A stretch of 48,535 bases of DNA from a virus (lineage: Duplodnaviria; Caudoviricetes). A program made the translations under genes and the position numbers. Position 1 is the first letter of the stretch. Every line of letters begins with the position of its first letter. Below the pieces are notes generated by a model that saw nothing but the letters and a program-made list of their open reading frames with translations, did not search any database and had not been told where the DNA came from. The stretch is taken from positions 1 through 48,535 of the IMG/VR virus record IMGVR_UViG_3300032290_000188; one strand, 5' to 3'. Shown piece after piece: positions 38,231 through 46,569 of the stretch.

Positions 38231-40168
38231 ATGAGCGATATGTTGCCCTCTCAGTATCAGAATTTCATTCACCTTTCCCGTTACTCAAGATGGGTTGATG
38301 AAAAGGGTAGACGAGAGACTTGGGAAGAAACGGTTGATCGGTATTTCAGTTTCTTTGACGAGCATCTAAAGGAAAACTACAACTATAAGGTTCCTGGCGA
38401 ACTACGCAAGGAACTCCGAGATGCTGTATTGAATCTAGACATTATGCCGTCCATGCGATGCCTAATGACCGCTGGCGAAGCACTCCGCAGAGATCATGTT
38501 GCGGGTTACAACTGCTCGTATGTTGCCGTAAATCGTGTTCGTGCCTTTGACGAGATCATGTACATTCTGATGTGTGGTACTGGTGTTGGATTCTCTGTTG
38601 AGCGTCAGTATGTTGAGAAACTGCCGACCATCGCAGAGGAATTTACCAACAGCGATACCACGATCATCGTGGAAGACAGCAAGTTGGGATGGGCAAAGGC
38701 CTACAAGGAACTGATATCTCTGCTTATTGGTGGTCAGATTCCTAAGTGGGACTTGACCAAGATTCGCCCCGCAGGCGCTCGGCTAAAGACTTTCGGTGGT
38801 CGCGCAAGTGGTCCTCGTCCGTTGGACGATCTATTCCGCTTCACCGTCGAGACTTTCCGTGCTGCCTCTGGGCGTAAACTCACAAGCATCGAAGCGCACG
38901 ATTTGGTGTGCAAGATTGCAGAGATCGTAGTGGTTGGTGGAGTTCGTCGCAGCGCACTCATTTCTCTCTCGAATCTCACAGACGAACGAATGCGTGAGGC
39001 AAAGAGTGGTGCCTGGTGGGTAAGTAATCCTCAACGCGCACTTGCAAACAACTCTGTTGCGTACAAAGAGAAGCCTGAGATCGGCACCTTTATGGACGAA
39101 TGGGTATCCCTGTACAAGAGCAAGAGCGGCGAGCGAGGTATCTTTAATCGTGACGCTACACGGAAGACTGTTGCTAAACTTGGTGATCGTCGTGATCCCA
39201 ACTACGAGTTTGGAACCAACCCGTGCAGCGAAATCATTCTGCGTGATCGTGAGTTCTGCAATCTCAGCGAAGTAATTGTAAGAGCAAGCGATACTGAAGA
39301 AACTCTAGCACGCAAGGTGCGACTCGCTACCATCTTAGGCACATGGCAGTCTACTCTTGTTGACTTCCGCTACTTGTCGAGCGAGTGGCGTAAGAATTGC
39401 CAAGAGGAAGCGTTGCTTGGTGTGTCTATGACGGGAATCATGGACTGCCATCTGACAAACGGCGGCGACGGTATGCACAAACTCAAGACTGTTCTTCGTG
39501 AACTTCGTGAACTTGCAGTTAAGACAAACGCTGATTACGCCAAGAAGATTGGTGTGAATCCATCTGCTGCCATTACCTGCGTAAAGCCTAGCGGAACCGT
39601 ATCGCAACTAACTGATTCTGCATCGGGTATCCACGCTCGTCACAGCGAGTACTATATTCGTACCGTGAGAGCAGATAACAAAGACCCGCTGTGCAAGTTT
39701 ATGAAAGACATTGGCTTTCCAAACGAAGCAGACGGAATGAAGCCAGATCATACAACCGTGTTCTCTTTCCCAATCAAGTCTCCCAAGAGCGTGTATCGCA
39801 ACGATCTAACTGCGCTTCAGCAACTGGAGATGTGGTTGATCTATCAGGAGAACTGGTGTGAACACAAACCAAGCGTAACTATTACTGTGCGTGAGCATGA
39901 GTGGCTTGAAGTTGGAGCGTGGGTATACGCCCACTTCGATAAGATATCAGGTATCTCATTCTTACCGCATAGCGATCACACATACAAGCAAGCACCGTAT
40001 CAGGAGTGTAGTGTTGCCGAATACGAAGCACTTGCTGCAAAGATTCCAACCAATGTGGATTGGTCAGGACTTTGCAAGTACGAGAAGGAAGACAATACTG
40101 CTGGCACTCAAACCATGGCGTGCAGCGGAGACAAGTGCGAACTTGTCGATCTAACATCAGGCAACTAA
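38231..40168 (+). CDS. nrdJ: Class II (adenosylcobalamin-dependent) ribonucleotide reductase
   Basis: RRETWEETV, YNCSY, VVVGGVRRSA, TNPCSEI, CNLSE, TCVKPSGT, C-terminal CSGDKC; no beta subunit alongside. Confidence 0.93.
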   Translation: MSDMLPSQYQNFIHLSRYSRWVDEKGRRETWEETVDRYFSFFDEHLKENYNYKVPGELRKELRDAVLNLDIMPSMRCLMTAGEALRRDHVAGYNCSYVAVNRVRAFDEIMYILMCGTGVGFSVERQYVEKLPTIAEEFTNSDTTIIVEDSKLGWAKAYKELISLLIGGQIPKWDLTKIRPAGARLKTFGGRASGPRPLDDLFRFTVETFRAASGRKLTSIEAHDLVCKIAEIVVVGGVRRSALISLSNLTDERMREAKSGAWWVSNPQRALANNSVAYKEKPEIGTFMDEWVSLYKSKSGERGIFNRDATRKTVAKLGDRRDPNYEFGTNPCSEIILRDREFCNLSEVIVRASDTEETLARKVRLATILGTWQSTLVDFRYLSSEWRKNCQEEALLGVSMTGIMDCHLTNGGDGMHKLKTVLRELRELAVKTNADYAKKIGVNPSAAITCVKPSGTVSQLTDSASGIHARHSEYYIRTVRADNKDPLCKFMKDIGFPNEADGMKPDHTTVFSFPIKSPKSVYRNDLTALQQLEMWLIYQENWCEHKPSVTITVREHEWLEVGAWVYAHFDKISGISFLPHSDHTYKQAPYQECSVAEYEALAAKIPTNVDWSGLCKYEKEDNTAGTQTMACSGDKCELVDLTSGN

Positions 40169-40220
40169 CTACCCAACCTCTTGGGTATCTTACACTTCAT
40201 AGTCATAGAAAGGAAGACAC

Positions 40221-41042
40221 ATGAAGATTCTAGCAAGTATGATTGGACTGGCAATTACGGCAGCGGCAACCGCTCAGGCCCCAGTACACCCTCCTGTTCA
40301 GCAACCTCCTGCTCCTGTTGTTGAGAAGCAACACAAGCAGGGAGAGCATGGAGAAAAGGCTCCTAAGTTGGAGAAGAACTTTAAGATTGATGTGAGTACG
40401 GAAGTGAACATCTTTAAGTTCTCGAACGCATCCATTGTGGAAGTAGACAATGAGTTCACCTACGAACTGTCCGACAAGTGGACGGTTGGTTTCTCTCTTC
40501 CCATCTTCAACGATGGAGATGTAACTCGGTCAGAGACAGGTCTTGGAGACATTGATTTCTCTGTTGCCTACGATCTGTACGATGGCGATTGGAAGTTCCT
40601 GAACTCAAACAAGACTTGGGTTGACCTGACCGCAGGTTTGGGACTGCCTCTAGACGGCGAGTACTCATCAAATGACATCACCTTTAATCTTGGTGGTGTT
40701 GTTGGTGCCAAGTGGGATGCTCTGAGTGTATCGTACACGGCAAACTACAAGTTTGTTGACGAGTACACCTTTGTTGCTCCTCTTGGTGGATTTGTTTACT
40801 CCGATGTGTACAGCGGAGTTCTGTCCGCAGAATACCAAGTAGAGAAGAACCTGAGCGTTGCATTGAATCTGTCACAGTTCTCTGCTACGGACAACACCGT
40901 TCTGCTTCTTGGTCCTGCTGTGAAGTACGAGTTCAGCAAGGCCTGTGTGCTTACTGCTGAGATCGGTGTTCCTGTTGTTGATGATCTGGCAACTGAAGAC
41001 CTTGATGTTGCTATGAGTGCAGGACTTAGTTTCAAGTTCTAA
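40221..41042 (+). CDS. Putative outer-membrane beta-barrel protein
   Basis: Signal peptide ending ATA-Q; alternating hydrophobic strands; GLGDI motif; C-terminal LSFKF beta-signal. Confidence 0.75.
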   Translation: MKILASMIGLAITAAATAQAPVHPPVQQPPAPVVEKQHKQGEHGEKAPKLEKNFKIDVSTEVNIFKFSNASIVEVDNEFTYELSDKWTVGFSLPIFNDGDVTRSETGLGDIDFSVAYDLYDGDWKFLNSNKTWVDLTAGLGLPLDGEYSSNDITFNLGGVVGAKWDALSVSYTANYKFVDEYTFVAPLGGFVYSDVYSGVLSAEYQVEKNLSVALNLSQFSATDNTVLLLGPAVKYEFSKACVLTAEIGVPVVDDLATEDLDVAMSAGLSFKF

Positions 41043-41046
41043 TCGC

Positions 41047-41084
41047 GGAGGTGACGAGGAAACTCGTCACTTCTATTTCCCTTT
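41047..41084 (+). terminator. Probable intrinsic terminator (or first hairpin of a structured leader)
   Basis: GTGACGAG-GAAA-CTCGTCAC followed by TTCTATTTCCCTTT. Confidence 0.6.
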
Positions 41085-41177
41085 GCTCAGTTGATGGGGT
41101 TGTCCTGAGCATTCACAGTCTAAAGGCCTTTGCACGGTGCATGGGCAGTTAGTGAATGCCAAAATGGAGGATAACCA

Positions 41178-41858
41178 ATGGCAAATACTAGAGTGATGGG
41201 TGTGTTCTGCGCCCTCATCGGGAGTGCAATGTGCAGCCCGACAAATGCAGACTTTGTGGTAGTCAACAATCCAGTAGCGGATACCGTTGGCTTTTATTCT
41301 GATTCCTACGATTCAAAGGGAGCATACACATATGCTCAAAGTGGAGCGCAGGCATTCAGTCTTGAGGATTCATATACAACATCATCGCTTAGGTGGTGGG
41401 GTTCTATGAATGGTTTCAACGATCAGGGAATCCCAAACATTGATTGTTTTCAGATCATTGTGTGGGGCTCAACCTTTGAGTCTCAAGTCTTCAGTCAACG
41501 GATTGACTTGGCAAATATCACCCTAACCGATACAGGTGATTTCAATTTCTTTGGTCAACCTGTCTACGAGTTCTATGTTCCGCTGTCGTTCCAAATCACA
41601 GCAGGCAACTACTTTATGAACATCGGCGCACAACTCAATGATGCGTCAGGGGATCAGTTCGTGTGGTCACAGGGTGAGAATGTTGATGGATTTTGGTACA
41701 CCGACGAAAACGGTCAGAACAAGTGGGGCGATTGGCGACAATTGCCAAATACACTTATTGGCAATACCGCAGGTGGTGCGTTTGTTCTATCTGCTCCCAC
41801 GCCTGGTGCAATAAGTTTGCTTGGTCTTGCAGGAATCCTGCAACGCCGTAGACGCTGA
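41178..41858 (+). CDS. Secreted protein with PEP-CTERM-like (PTPGA) exosortase sorting signal
   Basis: N-terminal signal peptide; C-terminus APTPGAISLLGLAGILQRRRR (motif, TM helix, Arg cluster); GGAGG RBS. Confidence 0.85.
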   Translation: MANTRVMGVFCALIGSAMCSPTNADFVVVNNPVADTVGFYSDSYDSKGAYTYAQSGAQAFSLEDSYTTSSLRWWGSMNGFNDQGIPNIDCFQIIVWGSTFESQVFSQRIDLANITLTDTGDFNFFGQPVYEFYVPLSFQITAGNYFMNIGAQLNDASGDQFVWSQGENVDGFWYTDENGQNKWGDWRQLPNTLIGNTAGGAFVLSAPTPGAISLLGLAGILQRRRR

Positions 41859-41884
41859 TCCTAAATAGGATATCACAGTAAACA

Positions 41885-41929
41885 TCAAGCACGGTAGACG
41901 GCGCCTATAAAGCCGTCTACCGTGCTTGA
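41885..41929. repeat. Perfect 18-bp inverted repeat
   Basis: TCAAGCACGGTAGACGGC-GCCTATAAA-GCCGTCTACCGTGCTTGA. Confidence 0.92.
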
Positions 41930-41948
41930 CATATTTAAGGAGCATGAA

Positions 41949-43265
41949 ATGGTAAAGCACATTTTGTCAGCACTAGCAGCACTTGTCCTGTCCGCAACAG
42001 TAACCGCTCAGACACCACCTACACAGGTGATTCAGTCAGATGGAACTATTCAGTTGGTGCCAGTTCCTCCTGCCGTTGTATTCACCCCATACTTTATTGA
42101 TCCGACTATAGGATACAGGGTTCTTTTGGAATCTGGCTGGTCAAACAAAGATTGGGATGGAAGAACCAAGAACGGATTGCTCGCCAAGAAAGGCGATGTG
42201 ATCGAAGCGCGCATTCTCGCCCAACCCATATCAAAGACCAAAGTTGTGGACGGCAAGACAGTATACTTGTGGAGCATTTTCCGTAGTGGAGATTTTGTAG
42301 TGTCTTGGGACAGTACAAAGTTTGAACTACTTCCAGTTTCAACGATGCTTGACGCTTCTGTGTTCAACAATGCAAAATCAGGATTTGTTGCTCCTGATAA
42401 GTCTGGAGGCGTAAACGAGGCAGCAGTTCCCACCGATGGCAATGCGCTTTATCGGGTGGAGGTTCTGCCAGCACCTGAGAACAGAGTGCCTGCGTTAAAG
42501 CCTCTGTATTATCAATGGAACTTTGATGGATATATGTGGCAGGGATCGTATCGCGTTGTCGGAACTCTCAAGTTCAAGGTAAAGGGCGACTTCTACTATC
42601 CAACAAGTCAGGTTAGTGATATACGGATTCTTCCAAGCATTACCGTAAACGGAGTTGAAACCAAGACAAAGATTGATGGAAGTCCAGTAGTAGGAACAAA
42701 CATTCTTAGCGAGACTCGTAATGGTGTAAATCAAATCAAATTTGGCGCTCCCAAAGATTACAAAATCTCTCATACCCTTTCAGCACCAACAACCCAGTTT
42801 AAAGTTGGCGACACGGTTCCAGTACGGGTGCTAATCAAGAACGAAACTCTTCCACAAAGAGCCTTTTCGGTATCTTCCATCTTTGCCTGGGACAATACCA
42901 AGTTAGAATTCATGGGCGTTAATACGACAGGAGCAAGAGCAAGCATGATGAACAAGATTGATCTGGTTGATCCTAGAGCAGTTAATGAGGCGGTGATTCC
43001 GAAAGACGGAAACGCTTGGCATAACTGGTTGGGTCAACTCGGTGACAAAACCTACATTGACAAGGAAACACTCATAGTTACCCTAAACTTCAAGGTAATC
43101 GCACCTTTTGATGCTACTACAGTTGAACTCATAGAGAAGAGCGATCCTCGTATTGCAGGATTGTTCCAATCTGACGAAACTGGCATATTGGGAAGCGATA
43201 CGCCTGGGGTATTTGTAACAGGAGTAAAGAGCAACGCAACTGTTTTCGGTATTCAAAGCCAGTAA
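41949..43265 (+). CDS. Secreted protein with two tandem cohesin-like beta-sandwich repeats
   Basis: Signal peptide (VTA-Q); internal duplication GDVIEARI..WDSTKFEL..VNEAAVPTDGNA..VGTLKFKV versus GDTVPVRV..WDNTKLEF..VNEAVIPKDGNA..IVTLNFKV. Confidence 0.7.
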   Translation: MVKHILSALAALVLSATVTAQTPPTQVIQSDGTIQLVPVPPAVVFTPYFIDPTIGYRVLLESGWSNKDWDGRTKNGLLAKKGDVIEARILAQPISKTKVVDGKTVYLWSIFRSGDFVVSWDSTKFELLPVSTMLDASVFNNAKSGFVAPDKSGGVNEAAVPTDGNALYRVEVLPAPENRVPALKPLYYQWNFDGYMWQGSYRVVGTLKFKVKGDFYYPTSQVSDIRILPSITVNGVETKTKIDGSPVVGTNILSETRNGVNQIKFGAPKDYKISHTLSAPTTQFKVGDTVPVRVLIKNETLPQRAFSVSSIFAWDNTKLEFMGVNTTGARASMMNKIDLVDPRAVNEAVIPKDGNAWHNWLGQLGDKTYIDKETLIVTLNFKVIAPFDATTVELIEKSDPRIAGLFQSDETGILGSDTPGVFVTGVKSNATVFGIQSQ

Positions 43266-43270
43266 ACGCA

Positions 43271-43276
43271 TAAATA
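43271..43276 (+). promoter_or_regulatory. Putative late promoter box (GCATAAATA)
   Basis: Intergenic; identical GCATAAATA at 47181-47189. Confidence 0.65.
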
Positions 43277-43302
43277 CGGTGAACCCTTAAACAGGAGAAA
43301 CC

Positions 43303-45015
43303 ATGCCAGCAACAACAACACCAACAGTTACTTTTACACCAGAGCCAGGCGGAAAAGGTGGACAAGCGGGAGATGGTGGTTTTTTACTTTCACCTACTCC
43401 AACTACTACTATTACTCCAACTGTAACTCCATCACCTAGTGTAAATGCTAGTCCTGCACCAACTCCGACTGTCACTCCAAGTGCGTTACGCTACGAATCT
43501 GCACTTCTTTCTAGCGCAGGTGCCGACGAAGCAGAGTTGTTGGTTAATACACGGTTGAAAGTTAACTTTGGATTCGATGGTGCTATTACCACTAGTTCTG
43601 GTGCAAATTACAGAGCAGTTAGTTGGGGATGCGATCATCCAAACCATACATGGTTTAACTGGTTGACATTAGATAACTCACCACTCAACTATAATCCATA
43701 TGCCGGTGGAGTTGGTCCTGGAGGTACAAACCTGAGTCCGTGGTGTCTTAAAACTTGGTATCAGGCAGGATATCGTTCTTTCCATTTCCATTGCCCATTT
43801 GGAAAAGTTCAAAGTGGACAAGGAAAGGTTCAAGAACTAGTATATGAGGTAGATCAATTTCTAAACGCAAGAGATGGTCTGACTATTAATGGGGTTGTTC
43901 AGAATCAACCTTGTACGCATCTTACAAATGACTTTGTTCCTGTGTTTAAGGCTTTGTGTACTGGATTACAAGGAACTCTAACAAACGAGCAATGGACTGT
44001 TCTAACAACATGGTTTGATCCAAATTCTCCAATAGACCTTACGGTTTACATTGGAGGAATGTGTATTCCTGGCAACGATAGTGCATATAGTGCCTATGTT
44101 GATCGTTGGGAGGCTCTCGCCGCATCTGATAGAAATGGAACGGCTGCCCTTAATAGACTCAAAGCATCGGTCGCTCCTCTTCTAGAAATAGGATGTAAGA
44201 TTGGATTTGACGCCATGGTTGCTTCTCCTGGCGGTACTGTTGGTCTGAATGTACAAGTTTCTCAGATTAACCGTAGACTACAGACCGTTTGGATCACCTT
44301 CTTTAAGTGGTTGGAAAGAAAGATCGGTAAGAGTAAAATCTATGTGGAGTCTCATCCATTCAGAACTCCAGCAGGAACTACAAATCCTGGCGGCAGAAAC
44401 CCATATTTGGGGTACAACATTATTGCAGACTCGGATTGGTATGCCTCTTATTGCTGTAGTAGTGATCCTTCCAACACATACGGACCTCATGCAAGTAGCG
44501 AGTATGGTGCAATAGAAGTTTGGCACGCACTCTGGACGGGAAGTCCACAAAGAACACCGTTGATCTATAGTCAGCAAACGGGAACACAAGTTATCAAGTG
44601 GGAGAAGTATTCATTCCTTTACGGACTAGACCCGAATGCAACACAGATTGTTCAGTCTGAACAAAGACCAGACCACAAAGAACTACGATTGATTCCAGGC
44701 ACCTGTTGTTCGCCTGGGCATAATTACTATTGGCATCACTTGTTTCCAGAGATTATTGCGTATCACCTGTTGGACGAGACTGCTGTTCTAACAAACAGCG
44801 ATCCATCTCCTACTTCAGTAGTTGCAAAATCGTGTTTTATGATACCCAATACTCTAATGCAGGTTTTACCAACTGCTTCGGTCGGCGACCCTAGATATAG
44901 TAAACAGTTTGCTGTGCGGTATCCGACAAAATCTGCGCTCATATCGTTCATTGCATCTGTATTGGATCAAAGAGCGCAAGACGGTCAAATTACTGGTGGT
45001 GACTTGACTTTGTGA
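43303..45015 (+). CDS. Hypothetical protein with Pro/Thr-rich N-terminus (possible virion or carbohydrate-active protein)
   Basis: AGGAG RBS; PTPTTTITPTVTPSPSVNASPAPTPTVTPS; late-type box upstream. Confidence 0.75.
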   Translation: MPATTTPTVTFTPEPGGKGGQAGDGGFLLSPTPTTTITPTVTPSPSVNASPAPTPTVTPSALRYESALLSSAGADEAELLVNTRLKVNFGFDGAITTSSGANYRAVSWGCDHPNHTWFNWLTLDNSPLNYNPYAGGVGPGGTNLSPWCLKTWYQAGYRSFHFHCPFGKVQSGQGKVQELVYEVDQFLNARDGLTINGVVQNQPCTHLTNDFVPVFKALCTGLQGTLTNEQWTVLTTWFDPNSPIDLTVYIGGMCIPGNDSAYSAYVDRWEALAASDRNGTAALNRLKASVAPLLEIGCKIGFDAMVASPGGTVGLNVQVSQINRRLQTVWITFFKWLERKIGKSKIYVESHPFRTPAGTTNPGGRNPYLGYNIIADSDWYASYCCSSDPSNTYGPHASSEYGAIEVWHALWTGSPQRTPLIYSQQTGTQVIKWEKYSFLYGLDPNATQIVQSEQRPDHKELRLIPGTCCSPGHNYYWHHLFPEIIAYHLLDETAVLTNSDPSPTSVVAKSCFMIPNTLMQVLPTASVGDPRYSKQFAVRYPTKSALISFIASVLDQRAQDGQITGGDLTL

Positions 45016-45044
45016 TCTGACTCAACAATCGTGAGATATTTGGT

Positions 45045-45734
45045 ATGAAGACTGGCCTCTTGATTATTGCCACAGGTAAATACGATAGGTTTTTACCCTC
45101 ACTTATAGAATCAGCAAATACTCACTTCTCTCCAACCGAGGAAGTTGAGTATTTTGTTTTTACCAACCACATCAATCTGAACATACAGTCACGCAGGAAG
45201 ATACACACGCTTCACATAGAACACGAACCGTGGCCAAATCCTACTTTGAAACGATACGACTACTTTCTATCCCACAGATCGGCACTTGAAACTACGAATC
45301 ATCTGTTTTACTGCGATGTTGATATGAGATTTGTAGGTGCAGTTGGTTCTGAAATCTTGGGAAATAGAGTGGGTACTATTCATCCTGGCTTCTATAATAG
45401 ACCAAGGCACATATGGTCGTATGAAAGAAGGCAATCGTCGTGTGCGTATATTCCTGCCAACGAAGGCGCTCACTACTTTGCAGGTGGATTTGTTGGAGGA
45501 AGTACAGACGAGTTTTTGCGTATGTCCAGTACCATATCAGGGTGGAGACAGACCGATGCAAATAACGGTATAGTTCCAGTTTGGCATGACGAAAGTTTGA
45601 TGAACAAATACTATCTTCTGTATCCACCAGACACGGTTCTAGACCCTTCATATTGTCATCCTGAGAAATGGAAAGCAAAATACGAAACAAAGTTGTTGGC
45701 GCTAGACAAGAACCACAAAGAGATGAGACAATAG
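45045..45734 (+). CDS. GT6 (ABO histo-blood-group transferase family) glycosyltransferase
   Basis: IIATGKY, YFVFT, WPNPTLKRY, DVD, YERR..S.AYIP, YFAGGFVGG, WHDES, LDKNH. Confidence 0.92.
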   Translation: MKTGLLIIATGKYDRFLPSLIESANTHFSPTEEVEYFVFTNHINLNIQSRRKIHTLHIEHEPWPNPTLKRYDYFLSHRSALETTNHLFYCDVDMRFVGAVGSEILGNRVGTIHPGFYNRPRHIWSYERRQSSCAYIPANEGAHYFAGGFVGGSTDEFLRMSSTISGWRQTDANNGIVPVWHDESLMNKYYLLYPPDTVLDPSYCHPEKWKAKYETKLLALDKNHKEMRQ

Positions 45735-45735
45735 A

Positions 45736-46569
45736 ATGGCAGTAATCACCTTTGCACAACTAGGTTCGTATGGGCGATTGGGCAATCAGATGTTTCAGCA
45801 CGCCTGTTTGGTTGGATTGGCGAGCAGACACGGATTAACGGTAGCGCATCCAAATCACCAGTTCAGATTACGAGAAGTGTTTGATATTCCAACTCCTATA
45901 CTATCTGAAATGCATCTGACAGAAAGGATGATGCGGGTGCAGGAACCAAAGTTCTCGTACAACGATTCTCTGATCCCATTGACACCAAACACAAACTATA
46001 ACTTGGCAGGATACTTTCAAACAGACAAATACTGGAAGCATGAATCAGATACCATACGAAAGCATTTCACATTCAAGGATCGGTCTATAGAGAAAACTGC
46101 AAAGCAATGCATTGCTTCTCTAAGAAAGACAAAACCTGTTGTTGGTATCGGTGTGCGACGAACTGATTATTTGGCTGCTGCTGACTTTCATGGACTATCT
46201 CTTGACTACTATACCAATGCCTTAGATCACATAAAGAAAACCATTGGCTCTGCAATATTCTTGGTTGTTTCGGACGATCCCGCATGGTGCAAAGAGTTCT
46301 TTTCTAGATACTCTGAGTACGGAGAGTTTCATGTAGTTGCAGAGCATTTTCAACACCCAACTCCAGACTTGGTGGAACTTTCTGTTTTGCAGAATGTGGA
46401 TCATATTATAGCAGCAAACAGTTCCTTTCATTGGTGGGGTGCGTGGTTGAATAAGAATCAAGGCAAGATGGTGATTATCCCTGAGAGATGGTTTGCGGAA
46501 TGCGGACCAAGAGACTATCAAGATATCGCTTGCGAGGGTTGGATTAAGTGTGAAAGTAAACCTTACTAG
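45736..46569 (+). CDS. GT11 alpha-1,2-fucosyltransferase family
   Basis: GRLGNQMFQ, GYFQ, VRRTDY, SDDPAWC, ANSSFHWWGAWL, PERWF. Confidence 0.92.
   Translation: MAVITFAQLGSYGRLGNQMFQHACLVGLASRHGLTVAHPNHQFRLREVFDIPTPILSEMHLTERMMRVQEPKFSYNDSLIPLTPNTNYNLAGYFQTDKYWKHESDTIRKHFTFKDRSIEKTAKQCIASLRKTKPVVGIGVRRTDYLAAADFHGLSLDYYTNALDHIKKTIGSAIFLVVSDDPAWCKEFFSRYSEYGEFHVVAEHFQHPTPDLVELSVLQNVDHIIAANSSFHWWGAWLNKNQGKMVIIPERWFAECGPRDYQDIACEGWIKCESKPY

Noticed and set aside
40170-40187. Hairpin TACCCAA-CCTC-TTGGGTA after nrdJ as a terminator
   Set aside because: Weak 7-bp stem without a clear U-tract
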